Assembly: GCA_948436975.1 (NCBI GenBank)
Contig: CAOJJB010000001.1
Span: forward strand, 14,005 to 78,004
DNA: 64,000 nucleotides
Reading direction: 5' to 3'
Source: an uncultured Clostridium sp.
GTDB taxonomy: Bacteria; Bacillota; Clostridia; TANB77; CAG-508
The notes under the pieces were generated by a model. That model saw nothing but the letters and a program-made list of their open reading frames with translations, had not been told where the DNA came from and searched no databases. Made by a program: the position numbers and the translations under genes. Position 1 is the first letter of the stretch; each line of letters opens with the position of its first letter. Shown here one piece after another: positions 7,818-17,694 of this stretch.

Positions 7818-10805
7818 CTATTTTTCTGCTAAATCCATAACAGATTTTTTTACTTTTTTCAATTTCTTTTCTGCATCTTCTAATGAACTACCTTTAACTC
7901 CCATATAGAATTTTACTTTAGGTTCTGTACCTGAAGGTCTTATACAACACCAAGCAGCATCCTCTAAATCATAATACAAAACATTTGAAATTGGTAAATT
8001 AGTTTCTTTTTCTTTACCTGTTTTTATATCTAAAATAGTGCCTTTTTGATAATCTCTAACTCTAGTTACTTTATATCCGCCAATAATTTTAGGTGGATTT
8101 TTTCTAATATTATCTAGAAGTTCTTTCATTTTTATTGCACCATCTGCTCCTTTTAATGTTATTGTTGAAATACCTTCCTTGTAGAAACCATATTTTTCAT
8201 AAATTTTAAGCATTTGATCCCATAATGTTAGACCTTGTTTTTTATAATAAGCTGCTGCTTCACAAAGAATCATTACTGCTGTTATTGCATCTTTATCTCT
8301 ACTATGTGTTCCTACTAAACAACCATAACTTTCTTCATATCCAAATAAGTATTCATGACTTCTTGTTTTTTCAAAATTTCTAATTTGTTCACCTATGTAT
8401 TTAAAACCTGTTAGAACTTCTATAAAGTCAATTTTATATTCTTCAGCAATTGCAATTGCCAAATTTGAAGAAACTATTGTAGAAACTAATGCTCCATTTT
8501 TAGGAAGTATTTTTTTGTCTTTCTTTTGAGATAGTATATATTCTGCAATTAATAATCCAGACATATTTCCTGTAAAAGACATATATTTGCCTGTTTTACT
8601 ATCTTTAGCTAAAACACCTAACCTATCTGCATCTGGATCTGTTGCCAATATAATATCTGCTTCTTCTTTTTTAGCAAGCTTTAGAGCTAAATCAAAAGCT
8701 CTAATATCTTCTGGATTTGGATAATCTACTGTTGGAAAATTTCCATTTGGCAATTCTTGTTCTGGAACTACATAGACATTTGAAAAACCTAACTGCTCTA
8801 GAACTGTTTGCACTAGCATATTACCTGTTCCATGTAATGGTGTATATACAATACTTAAATCTTTTTCTACTTCTTTAATAACTTCTGGATTTAATACTTG
8901 ACGTTTTATAGCTTTTAAATATAATTTATCCATTGCTTTACCGATTATATTATATAATCTCATTTTCTTAGCTTCATCTATTGAAATAGATCTTATTAAA
9001 GAATAATCTTTAACTTTATTTACTTCTGCAATAATCTCTTTATCATTTGGTGAACTAATTTGAGCTCCATCTTCCCAGTATACTTTATACCCATTATATT
9101 CTGGTGGATTATGACTTGCTGTAATCATAATTCCTGCTGTACATCCTAACTCTCTGACTGCAAAAGATAACTCTGGAACTGGTCTTAAATCATCAAATAT
9201 ATACGTCTTTATTCCATTTGCATTTAAACATAGTGCTGCTTCTTTACTAAATTCAGAAGACATATTTCTTGAATCATAAGCAATAACGACTCCTTTAGCT
9301 TCTGTTCCTTGTTTCAAAATATAATTTGCTAAACCTTGGGTTGCTTTTGTAACAGTATAAATATTCATTCTATTTGTACCATTACCAATAACGCCTCTCA
9401 TACCAGCTGTTCCAAATTCTAAATCTTTGTAGAATCTATCTTTTATCTCTTCTTCGTTTCCAGCTATTGTTAGTAACTCTGTTCTTGTTTCTTCATCAAA
9501 TAATGTACTTGTTGACCATTCTTTATATTTTTTTGTATATTCTACTTTATTCATATAATCTTTATATAATTTTCTAGCTGTTTCTGGACTATCTTGACCT
9601 TGAGCATTTTTAATAGGGGCAAATTCCTCTTCTCTTTTAACTCTTAAAACAACTACATCATCAAACATTTCATATGAATCAAATATAAACATTTCAAATT
9701 TATATGCATTAGGTTTATCACCTTCAATAAGTTCTCCATCTTCATTTATATATTTTGCTTTTTTTACAGCTGTATGATATGGAAGACTTAATTCACTAAC
9801 CTTTTCTAATCCTTTTATATTATATAAGTGAAATATAGCATTAGCATCTCCATAAACTAATGATCTATCATCATCTCTTAAATTTGCCATTTCTTCTGAT
9901 ATTTCTGTATATTCTATAACACCTACTTTTTTATTTTTCCTACAAAAAACACCTACTTTTTCTTTAGGATCTGTTTTTTCAATTGATTTAACTGAACCTA
10001 ATACTTTATTATGTATAGACATACCTATTAATAGTGGATCAACTGGTTTAACTAAAACATTATCAACACCATTTATAAATACCCATTCAATTCCATTATC
10101 TTTCATTTCAGTAATTATTCCACTTTTTTCCATAGACTGTAATGTCCCACCATGACCATTTGCTGCTTTCTTTACCATTCCATCTGTATCTAATAAAATT
10201 TTTCCATTTAGCCCAATCATTGGTAATTCACCTTGTTTAAAAAATTTTATAGCTTCTTTTGGATATCCAAAATAATTGTTAGTTTGAAAAAATTCTACTG
10301 TTGCATCATTATTTTCTCTACTTGTCATCAAATACCATGGTATAACTGTATCATATTCTTTCCATGCATTTTTTAATGTATCACATAAAGCTTCAAAAAT
10401 AGATTTATTTTTTTCTATATCAAAAATAAATGTTCCTTTTGGTCCACTATGTCCTAATCTTGTTCCTTGACCACCTGCCATTGTAACAACAGCAAACTTA
10501 TTATATTTTATTGCTTCAATTCCCTTTTTCTCATACATTTCACGCTCTGATACTGTTAATTTAGATTTATCAACATGTTCAATTGGTTCAACTGTAACAG
10601 TTTCAAGCTTTGCTGGTTTTGTTGCATTTTCATATAATTCTTTCATTAACTCAAAATCTATACTTTGGATTTGTTCTAATAATTCTTTTTTTTGTTCTTT
10701 ATCCATTTTGTCATATTTTAAAAGTAAATGTTCTTGATTATATTTTTTTAAAATTTCTTTTACATTTTTTACTTCTTCTTTCATTATGTTCAATGCTCCT
10801 TTCAA
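7818..10805 (-). CDS. Fusion protein: N-terminal UDP-sugar (UAP/UDPGP-type) pyrophosphorylase + C-terminal PgcA-like phosphogluco/phosphomannomutase
   Basis: N-terminal ~425 aa: MAGGQGTRLGHSGPKGTF, NGHGG (UDPGP family). From about aa 425 (nt ~9530): YKEWSTS...FYKDLEFGTAGMRG and phosphoserine loop TASHNPPEYNGYK, collinear with full-length alpha-phosphohexomutases. Single uninterrupted 995-aa ORF. Confidence 0.8.
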   Translation of the reverse strand: MKGALNIMKEEVKNVKEILKKYNQEHLLLKYDKMDKEQKKELLEQIQSIDFELMKELYENATKPAKLETVTVEPIEHVDKSKLTVSEREMYEKKGIEAIKYNKFAVVTMAGGQGTRLGHSGPKGTFIFDIEKNKSIFEALCDTLKNAWKEYDTVIPWYLMTSRENNDATVEFFQTNNYFGYPKEAIKFFKQGELPMIGLNGKILLDTDGMVKKAANGHGGTLQSMEKSGIITEMKDNGIEWVFINGVDNVLVKPVDPLLIGMSIHNKVLGSVKSIEKTDPKEKVGVFCRKNKKVGVIEYTEISEEMANLRDDDRSLVYGDANAIFHLYNIKGLEKVSELSLPYHTAVKKAKYINEDGELIEGDKPNAYKFEMFIFDSYEMFDDVVVLRVKREEEFAPIKNAQGQDSPETARKLYKDYMNKVEYTKKYKEWSTSTLFDEETRTELLTIAGNEEEIKDRFYKDLEFGTAGMRGVIGNGTNRMNIYTVTKATQGLANYILKQGTEAKGVVIAYDSRNMSSEFSKEAALCLNANGIKTYIFDDLRPVPELSFAVRELGCTAGIMITASHNPPEYNGYKVYWEDGAQISSPNDKEIIAEVNKVKDYSLIRSISIDEAKKMRLYNIIGKAMDKLYLKAIKRQVLNPEVIKEVEKDLSIVYTPLHGTGNMLVQTVLEQLGFSNVYVVPEQELPNGNFPTVDYPNPEDIRAFDLALKLAKKEEADIILATDPDADRLGVLAKDSKTGKYMSFTGNMSGLLIAEYILSQKKDKKILPKNGALVSTIVSSNLAIAIAEEYKIDFIEVLTGFKYIGEQIRNFEKTRSHEYLFGYEESYGCLVGTHSRDKDAITAVMILCEAAAYYKKQGLTLWDQMLKIYEKYGFYKEGISTITLKGADGAIKMKELLDNIRKNPPKIIGGYKVTRVRDYQKGTILDIKTGKEKETNLPISNVLYYDLEDAAWCCIRPSGTEPKVKFYMGVKGSSLEDAEKKLKKVKKSVMDLAEK

Positions 10806-10982
10806 TCTCAGAAATTATATTCGAGCCTATTTATTTTGTATATATTATATCATTTTCTTACTTTAGTCAACCTAATATGTATCAAACACAACATTTTGCC
10901 AAACTCCTATGTATCTAAGAATATATGTTTTAAAATCGAATATTCATCTCTTGACAATAAAAATTTATATTGTCATGCTATT

Positions 10983-11465
10983 CTAAATTTGTGTTTTTAT
11001 TGTTTCTCTTTTTTGTGTATTTTGTGAAAAATTTTTTACATCACTTTTACCTTCTGTTTTCAATACTTTATTATGTTTAGATAATACTTTATCAATTCTT
11101 TCAATATCATTAATTCTATAACAATTTAATACTTCTTCTACATTAATACTTAATTCAATTTTTTTATTTATTTCTTCAATATAATCTTTTTCTCCTATTA
11201 CAATAACTACTTTTCCTTCTAAATTATTAGTTACATTCTCTTTTTCAGATTTATTCCAACCTATTTCTACTATTTTTTGTGCATTTAAATTTAGATTTCT
11301 TACATTATTTAAATAATCTGTAACATTTCCACTAATATCATTTTGTAAAATAACTGCAACTTCTTTTTGTTCTTCTATTTTTTCATTTATATATGGTAAT
11401 AATATTGTTAATAAGTGAAACTCACTTATATAAAAACTACAAATTTTTTGATTATTCATAATCAT
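10983..11465 (-). CDS. Hypothetical protein
   Basis: 160-aa ORF upstream of and co-directional with the fusion enzyme; no motif recognised. Confidence 0.5.
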   Translation of the reverse strand: MIMNNQKICSFYISEFHLLTILLPYINEKIEEQKEVAVILQNDISGNVTDYLNNVRNLNLNAQKIVEIGWNKSEKENVTNNLEGKVVIVIGEKDYIEEINKKIELSINVEEVLNCYRINDIERIDKVLSKHNKVLKTEGKSDVKNFSQNTQKRETIKTQI

Positions 11466-11696
11466 ACCTCCATATATTCAAATCTTTGTTATTTTATCAT
11501 TACAAAATTTGATGGTCAATTTAAATCGTATTCTCTTTTTCGACAACAATATTTATAAATAATTAATTAATAATTTTTTGAATATTTTTTTATTTTTTGC
11601 AAATACTTACAAATATATAATAAAAGTGGAATTATTTTTAATTTTTTCTATTACATACTTTTAATGTAATATGATATTTTTAAAGGAGGATTTTTA

Positions 11697-12311
11697 ATGA
11701 TTAAAAAAATAAAATACTTTATTATCTTACTTATATTATTATCTGCTTTTCTTTTTCTTACAATATCATCTTATGCAAATACTATTTCAAAAGACCTATC
11801 AAATAATTTTTTTAGACTTCATATACTAGCTAATAGTGATAGCAATGAAGATCAAAATTTAAAATTGAAAGTTAGAGATAATATAATAGAATATATGAAT
11901 ACTATTTCTTATGAAGGACTATCAAAAGAAGAAGCAATACATTTAACTTATCAGCATCTTAATGAATTTCAAAAAATAGCCGAAGAAACTATATATAATG
12001 AAGGTTACAATTACCCTGTAACTTTAGAAGTTGGAAACTTTTATTTTCCAACTAAAATATATGGAAATATCTCACTTCCTGCTGGATATTATGATGCTTT
12101 AAAAATACAAATTGGTGAAGCACAAGGCCAAAATTGGTGGTGTTCTCTTTTTCCACCATTATGTTTTGTTGACATATCTTCTGGAGTAATTGATGAAGAA
12201 ACAGAACAAGAATTAAAAGATAATCTAACTGAAGAAGAATTTTCAATAATTACAAATAATACTGATACAGTAAAATTTAAATTCAAACTTATTGAAGTAT
12301 TTTCTGAATAA
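11697..12311 (+). CDS. spoIIR: Stage II sporulation protein R
   Basis: Signal/TM N-terminus, FFRLHILANSDSNEDQNLKLKVRD and QNWWCSLFPPLCF motifs typical of SpoIIR; SD AAAGGAGG upstream. Confidence 0.88.
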   Translation: MIKKIKYFIILLILLSAFLFLTISSYANTISKDLSNNFFRLHILANSDSNEDQNLKLKVRDNIIEYMNTISYEGLSKEEAIHLTYQHLNEFQKIAEETIYNEGYNYPVTLEVGNFYFPTKIYGNISLPAGYYDALKIQIGEAQGQNWWCSLFPPLCFVDISSGVIDEETEQELKDNLTEEEFSIITNNTDTVKFKFKLIEVFSE

Positions 12312-12410
12312 AATCTTTAAAAAGTGTTGTAAATCTTCTATTTTTATGATATATTTCCAAATGAGTATTTTGTGCTCATTAATATAAACAAAATATTGGG
12401 GGTATATATT

Positions 12411-13676
12411 TTGGAAAAATTAGTTATCACTGGAAAAACTCCTCTAAAAGGTGAAGTAGTAATAAGTGGTGCAAAAAATGCAGCTGTTGCAATTATACCA
12501 GCTACTTTACTAATAAATGGAACTTGTACAATAGAAAATTTGCCAAATATAAGTGATGTAAGATTATATTGTGATATATTAAAAGAAATTGGTGCCAAAA
12601 TAACTTGGAATTCTGAACATGAAATAACTATTGACACACAAAACATAGATGCAAAAAAAATACCTGTAGAAATAACTAGAAAATTTAGAGCATCTTATTA
12701 TTTATTAGGAGCATTACTTGGAAGATCAAAATATGCACAAGTTGGTATTCCTGGTGGATGTAATTTAGGTGCTAGACCAATAGATCAACATATAAAAAGT
12801 TTCGAAGCTTTAGGAGCTACAGTTGATGTTTCAAATGGAAATATAACAGCAAAAGCTAAAAAATTAAAAGGAACATCTGTATACATGGATGTAGTTTCAG
12901 TAGGAGCCACAATTAATGCTATGTTGGCTGCTGTTTTAGCAGAAGGTACCACTGTTATAGATAATGCTGCAAAAGAACCTCATATAGTTGATGTTGCCAA
13001 CTTCTTAAATACAATGGGAGCAGATATTAGAGGTGCTGGAACTGATATAATAAAAGTAAATGGTGTAAAAGAATTAAAAGGAAATGCTACATATTTAGTA
13101 GTCCCTGATCAAATAGAAGCTGGTACTTTTATGCTTGCTGCAATTGCTTCTAAAGGAGATATAATTATAAAAAATTGTATTACAAAACATTTAGAATCAA
13201 TAATAGCAAAAGTAGTAGAAATTGGTGGAAATGTAGATGCTAATGGAGATCATTTAAGAGTTTGGTATTCAAAAAGAACTCACAAAGCAACTATAAAAAC
13301 CTTACCATATCCTGGTTTTCCAACCGATTTGCAGCCTCAAATTGGCGTTGTTCTTGCTGTTTCAGAAGGAACAAGTATAATAAACGAAAGTATTTGGGAA
13401 TCTAGATTTCAATATACAGCTGAACTAAATAAAATGGGTGCTAAAATTACAGCACAAGGAAAAAGTGCTGTTTTTGAAGGTGTAAACGAATTAGTAGCAG
13501 CACCAGTATATGCAACAGATTTAAGAGCTGGTGCAGCACTTATAATAGCTGGAATAATGGCAAAAGGAAAAACAGAAATATATAATTTAAATTATATAGA
13601 TAGAGGTTATGAAAACATTGAAGACAAGTTTAGACAATTAGGAGCTAAAATCGAAAGAGTAGTAGAAGAAGAATAA
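12411..13676 (+). CDS. murA: UDP-N-acetylglucosamine 1-carboxyvinyltransferase
   Basis: EKLVITGKTPLKGEVVISGAKNAA..., RPIDQHI and catalytic-loop region typical of MurA. Start moved to in-frame TTG 12411, which is preceded by GGGGGT SD and matches family N-termini; the track ATG 12372 adds 13 non-conserved residues. Confidence 0.9.
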   Translation: MEKLVITGKTPLKGEVVISGAKNAAVAIIPATLLINGTCTIENLPNISDVRLYCDILKEIGAKITWNSEHEITIDTQNIDAKKIPVEITRKFRASYYLLGALLGRSKYAQVGIPGGCNLGARPIDQHIKSFEALGATVDVSNGNITAKAKKLKGTSVYMDVVSVGATINAMLAAVLAEGTTVIDNAAKEPHIVDVANFLNTMGADIRGAGTDIIKVNGVKELKGNATYLVVPDQIEAGTFMLAAIASKGDIIIKNCITKHLESIIAKVVEIGGNVDANGDHLRVWYSKRTHKATIKTLPYPGFPTDLQPQIGVVLAVSEGTSIINESIWESRFQYTAELNKMGAKITAQGKSAVFEGVNELVAAPVYATDLRAGAALIIAGIMAKGKTEIYNLNYIDRGYENIEDKFRQLGAKIERVVEEE

Positions 13677-13693
13677 GGGGCTAAGAATAAAAT

Positions 13694-14482
13694 ATGTTAA
13701 AATTTTGTAGCTTATATAGTGGAAGTTCTGGTAATTGTTTATTTGTAAGCTCAAATAATACAAAAGTTTTAATTGACTGTGGAACCAGTTGTAAAAAAAT
13801 TTGTGAAGGATTAGCATCAATCGATTCATCAATCGAAGACATTGATGCTATTTTAGTTACACACGAACATATAGATCATATACAAAGTATTGGAACAGTA
13901 TCAAAAAAATTTAATATACCAGTTTATGCAAACTCAGAAACATGGAATGCAATGAAAAAACAAAAAGAAAAAATATCAACAAATAATATAAAATATTTTA
14001 ATAATGATGAAGATTTTTTATTAAATGATTTAACTATACATCCTTTTAGTATACCACATGATGCTATTAATCCTTGTGGTTTTAATATACATAATGGAAA
14101 AAGAAAATTAAGTATTGCAACTGACATAGGTCATATGGATAATAAAATATTTAATAAACTAGAAAATAGTTCTTTCATATTATTAGAAGCTAATTATGAT
14201 TTAGAAATATTAAAAGTGTCAAAATATCCATTTCATTTAAAACAAAGAATTGCTGGACCAAATGGACATTTATCTAATGAAACAGCTGGAAAAACAATTT
14301 CTGCTTTAATGAAAAAAGATTTGAAACAAGTTGTTTTAGGACATCTTAGTAAAGAAAATAATTTTCCTGAGCTTGCATATCAAACAGTTGCTGAACAACT
14401 TATTGAAAATAATGCTGATATAAATACTATTAGTTTAAGTGTTGCTTCTAGATATGAACCTGGAAAAATTATAAATATATAA
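13694..14482 (+). CDS. MBL-fold metallo-hydrolase (YycJ/WalJ-like)
   Basis: SGSSGN...VTHEHIDHI (HxHxDH) motif; 262 aa. Confidence 0.8.
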   Translation: MLKFCSLYSGSSGNCLFVSSNNTKVLIDCGTSCKKICEGLASIDSSIEDIDAILVTHEHIDHIQSIGTVSKKFNIPVYANSETWNAMKKQKEKISTNNIKYFNNDEDFLLNDLTIHPFSIPHDAINPCGFNIHNGKRKLSIATDIGHMDNKIFNKLENSSFILLEANYDLEILKVSKYPFHLKQRIAGPNGHLSNETAGKTISALMKKDLKQVVLGHLSKENNFPELAYQTVAEQLIENNADINTISLSVASRYEPGKIINI

Positions 14483-14486
14483 ATAC

Positions 14487-14512
14487 CGGAAGACGCCTGT
14501 TGGCGTCTTCCG
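14487..14512. terminator. GC-clamp hairpin, terminator of the foreign minus-strand ORF (and probably of the MBL gene)
   Basis: Perfect 11-bp stem CGGAAGACGCC / GGCGTCTTCCG with TGTT loop, 4 nt after the MBL stop. On the minus strand it is followed by TATTTATATATTT. Its composition is very unlike every other hairpin in the window. Confidence 0.75.
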
Positions 14513-14578
14513 TATTAGGTGAACTTTATTGATTTCTCGTGGTTATCTCCTAACTCTTAGACTCTGTCATTGGATCGG

Positions 14579-15247
14579 CTATACTGCTTCTTCCACTGGT
14601 TTGTTATATTTTCTCTTATATTTATCAACATCCATCCCCAGTCTTTCCGCTTTCTTTCGTAAAGCTTCTGCTTTGCCTACCTGCGAACCATATGTTCCCT
14701 TAGTTACGAAAGTACCATCTGGCTTCGCATGCACTAACTTTTTCATATGATTCTGACGATCTTTCTTAGATCTACTTGCCAGTGATTTATCGGCTTCAAT
14801 AGCCTTTTCCAGCAATCTCTTACTTACTCTCTGAGTCTGCTTCATTCTGACTTTTCTTTTTGCTTTTCGTGTTACCTGTCTTTCCCATTCGCGGTTAATT
14901 AAATCACACACTTCTTTAGTTGGTTCAAATTCCCCGATTTTGATATCCATTTGACACATAAATTCTTCGTAAGCATCATTTAATTTATCCTGCTTCTCAT
15001 CTTCCTCAGCCAGTTCCTTATTGAATTCATTTTGTAATTCCTCCATATGAATTCTTTCAGCCACTTTTTCAGCTTCAGATTTTTCCCACAACATATCCAG
15101 TTCTTTATCTGCCTCTTTAGCTTTCCATTCATACCAGTTTCTTTCCTCAATAAGAATAGCAAAAAGATCTTCACTTCTAGAAACCACCGTTATTGTTTCC
15201 TGATCCTGATAATATTCCCGAATCGATTCTTCTCTTACCTGTCTCAT
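14579..15247 (-). CDS. Hypothetical charged coiled-coil-type protein encoded on a compositionally foreign island
   Basis: 222-aa ORF, acidic N-half and K/R-rich C-half (AKRKVRMKQTQRVSKR...KYKRKYNKP). SD AAAGGTGG 8 nt upstream. Hand G+C counts: 20/60 (14581-14640) and 28/60 (14641-14700), against 12/60 for the flanking line 15361-15420. Confidence 0.7.
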   Translation of the reverse strand: MRQVREESIREYYQDQETITVVSRSEDLFAILIEERNWYEWKAKEADKELDMLWEKSEAEKVAERIHMEELQNEFNKELAEEDEKQDKLNDAYEEFMCQMDIKIGEFEPTKEVCDLINREWERQVTRKAKRKVRMKQTQRVSKRLLEKAIEADKSLASRSKKDRQNHMKKLVHAKPDGTFVTKGTYGSQVGKAEALRKKAERLGMDVDKYKRKYNKPVEEAV

Positions 15248-15295
15248 AATAAGACCACCTTTCTTTTTTTATACGGCACATTCGCCATCTCTTTT

Positions 15296-15324
15296 ATTAT
15301 ACATTGATTTACATAAAATGTCAA
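15296..15324 (-). promoter_or_regulatory. Perfect sigma-A-type consensus promoter for the island ORF
   Basis: Minus strand TTGACA (15324-15319), 17-nt spacer, TATAAT (15301-15296), 48 nt upstream of the ATG. Confidence 0.7.
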
Positions 15325-15337
15325 TTATTAAACCTAT

Positions 15338-15370
15338 AAAAAAATTGATGATTTATGAAATACCATCAAT
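15338..15370 (-). terminator. tex intrinsic terminator
   Basis: Minus strand ATTGATG-GTATTTCATAAAT-CATCAAT followed by T7, 18 nt after the tex stop. Confidence 0.65.
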
Positions 15371-15387
15371 TTTCTAATTATATAAAA

Positions 15388-17541
15388 TTACACTTTCATA
15401 CTCAAACTAACTTTTTGTTTTTCTTTATCTATTCCAATAACCTTAACTTTTACTATATCACCTACTGAAACTACTTCTGAGGGATTTCTTATAAACTTAT
15501 CTGCCATTTCAGAAATATGAACTAATCCATCATGTTTAACACCTATATCCACAAATGCTCCGAAATCTATAACGTTTCTAACTGTTCCTGTAAGTTCCAT
15601 TCCCTCTTGTAAATCATCAAACTTTAAAACATCACTTCTCAAAATTGGTTTTGGTAAGTCTTCTCTAGGATCTCTACCTGGTTTTGAAAGTTCTTCTATT
15701 ATATCTTTTAAAGTAAGAGTTCCTACATTTAACTCATTTGCTAATGTATTAATATCAACTTTAGATAACTCTCTTTTTAAGTTGTCTAATTTGCTTTTTT
15801 CATTTAAGTTTTCCACACAATATCCAATCTTTGTTAATAATTTTTCTGCTACCTCATAACTTTCTGGGTGAACTGCTGTTATCTCTATTGGATTATTTCC
15901 ATTAAATATACGAATAAATCCTGCACATTGTTTAAAAGCTGCTGGACCTAATTTTGGAACTTTTAATAAGTCCTTTCTATTCTTTAATTCTCCATTTTCA
16001 TCTCTATATTTTACTATATTTTTGGCTATTGTACCATTTATTCCTGAAACATATGAAAGTAAAGAAGGAGTAGCAGTATTTACATCAACTCCAACTGAGT
16101 TAACTGCATCTTCAACAACACCTGTTAGACTTTCCGATAATCTTTTTTGATTAACATCATGTTGATATTGTCCAACTCCTATTGCTTTAGGATCAATTTT
16201 TACAAGTTCTGATAATGGATCTTGTAATCTTCTAGCTATTGATATTGCTCCTCTTAAAGAAACATTTATATCTGGATATTCCTCAGTAGCAAGTTTTGAA
16301 GCTGAATACACAGATGCACCTGCCTCACTTACAATTGCATAATAAATTTCCTTATCAATTTCTTTTATCATATTAGACACAAAACTTTCAGACTCTCTTG
16401 AAGCTGTACCATTTCCTATTGCAATCATATTTATATTATATTTTTCAATTAAATTTTTTAATATTTTTGTTGCACCAATTACATCATTCTGAGGTTCTGT
16501 TGGATAAACAGTAACTGTATCTAAAAGTTTACCTGTTTTATCTATTACAGCTATTTTACAGCCAGTTCTATAAGCTGGATCAAATCCCATAACCGTCATT
16601 TCTTTAATTGGTGGTTGTAATAATAATTGTTTTGCATTTTTCCCAAATACTTTTATAGCTTTTTCTTCTGAACGTTCTGTCAAATCACTTCTAATCTCTC
16701 TTTCAATAGAAGGTTCTATTAATCTTTTATATGAATCTTCTATAGTTGTTGAAAGTAGTTCATTAAATTGACTTTTATAATTTATTATTATTTGTTTTTT
16801 CAAATAACCTAATATTTTATCATCAGGTTTATCAATTTTTACTTTTAAAAATTCTTCTTTTTCCCCACGATTAATAGCTAGAATTCTATGACTTGGAATT
16901 TTTAGTATTCCTTCTTTAAAATCATAATACATTTCATATGGAGATTTTTCATTTTCTTTAGTAGCTTTACTTGCAATAATTGCTTCTCTAAAACAAAATG
17001 ATTTTATTTTTTTTCTATAATCAGCATTATCTGCAATATTTTCAGCTATTATATCTAAAGCACCTTGTATTGCTCCTTCTTCATCTATCACACCTTTTTC
17101 TTCATTTATATATTCTTTTGCTATTTCATACAAGTCTTTTTTTTCTGTTTGTACATAAATAATATTTGCTAAAGGTTCTAATCCTCTTTCTTTTGCTATT
17201 GTTGCTCTTGTTCTTTTTTTTGGTTTGTATGGCCTATATATATCTTCAAGTTCTGATAAAACCATTGTACTTGTAATTTTTATAGTAAGTTCATCTGTAA
17301 GTTTTCCTTGTTCTTCTATAAGTCTTATTATTTCTTGTTTTCTAGTTTCTAAGTTTCTTAAATATGTAAGTCTATCTCCTAATTCTCTTAAAATTTCATC
17401 ACTTAAATTTCCTGTTACTTCTTTTCTATAACGAGCAATAAAAGGTATTGTATTTCCTTCATCTATAAGTCTTACTGTACTTTCAACTTGTGTTTCTCTT
17501 ATTCCAAGTTCTTCTGCAATCTTTTTAAATATTTTGTCCAT
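15388..17541 (-). CDS. tex: Tex-like transcription accessory protein (S1 RNA-binding domain)
   Basis: N-terminus IAEELGIRETQVESTVRLIDEGNTIPFIARYRKEVTG, YqgF/HhH regions and C-terminal S1 domain (GTVRNVIDFGAFVDIG...GLVHISE); 717 aa. Confidence 0.92.
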   Translation of the reverse strand: MDKIFKKIAEELGIRETQVESTVRLIDEGNTIPFIARYRKEVTGNLSDEILRELGDRLTYLRNLETRKQEIIRLIEEQGKLTDELTIKITSTMVLSELEDIYRPYKPKKRTRATIAKERGLEPLANIIYVQTEKKDLYEIAKEYINEEKGVIDEEGAIQGALDIIAENIADNADYRKKIKSFCFREAIIASKATKENEKSPYEMYYDFKEGILKIPSHRILAINRGEKEEFLKVKIDKPDDKILGYLKKQIIINYKSQFNELLSTTIEDSYKRLIEPSIEREIRSDLTERSEEKAIKVFGKNAKQLLLQPPIKEMTVMGFDPAYRTGCKIAVIDKTGKLLDTVTVYPTEPQNDVIGATKILKNLIEKYNINMIAIGNGTASRESESFVSNMIKEIDKEIYYAIVSEAGASVYSASKLATEEYPDINVSLRGAISIARRLQDPLSELVKIDPKAIGVGQYQHDVNQKRLSESLTGVVEDAVNSVGVDVNTATPSLLSYVSGINGTIAKNIVKYRDENGELKNRKDLLKVPKLGPAAFKQCAGFIRIFNGNNPIEITAVHPESYEVAEKLLTKIGYCVENLNEKSKLDNLKRELSKVDINTLANELNVGTLTLKDIIEELSKPGRDPREDLPKPILRSDVLKFDDLQEGMELTGTVRNVIDFGAFVDIGVKHDGLVHISEMADKFIRNPSEVVSVGDIVKVKVIGIDKEKQKVSLSMKV

Positions 17542-17694
17542 ATGTTTAACCCCTCAAATTTATTTTATCCTTTTGATTTTATCTTTTCGTTTTTTTTTTG
17601 TCAAGAAAAATAACACTACATTATACTTTATAACTAATGTAGTGTTATTTTCTATTTACCATAAAAATTCTGTTTTTTCAATAAAATATTTGTT

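Noticed and set aside
12372-12410. Track start ATG 12372 for murA.
   Set aside because: It adds 13 non-conserved residues. The in-frame TTG 12411 follows a GGGGGT SD and matches MurA family N-termini.
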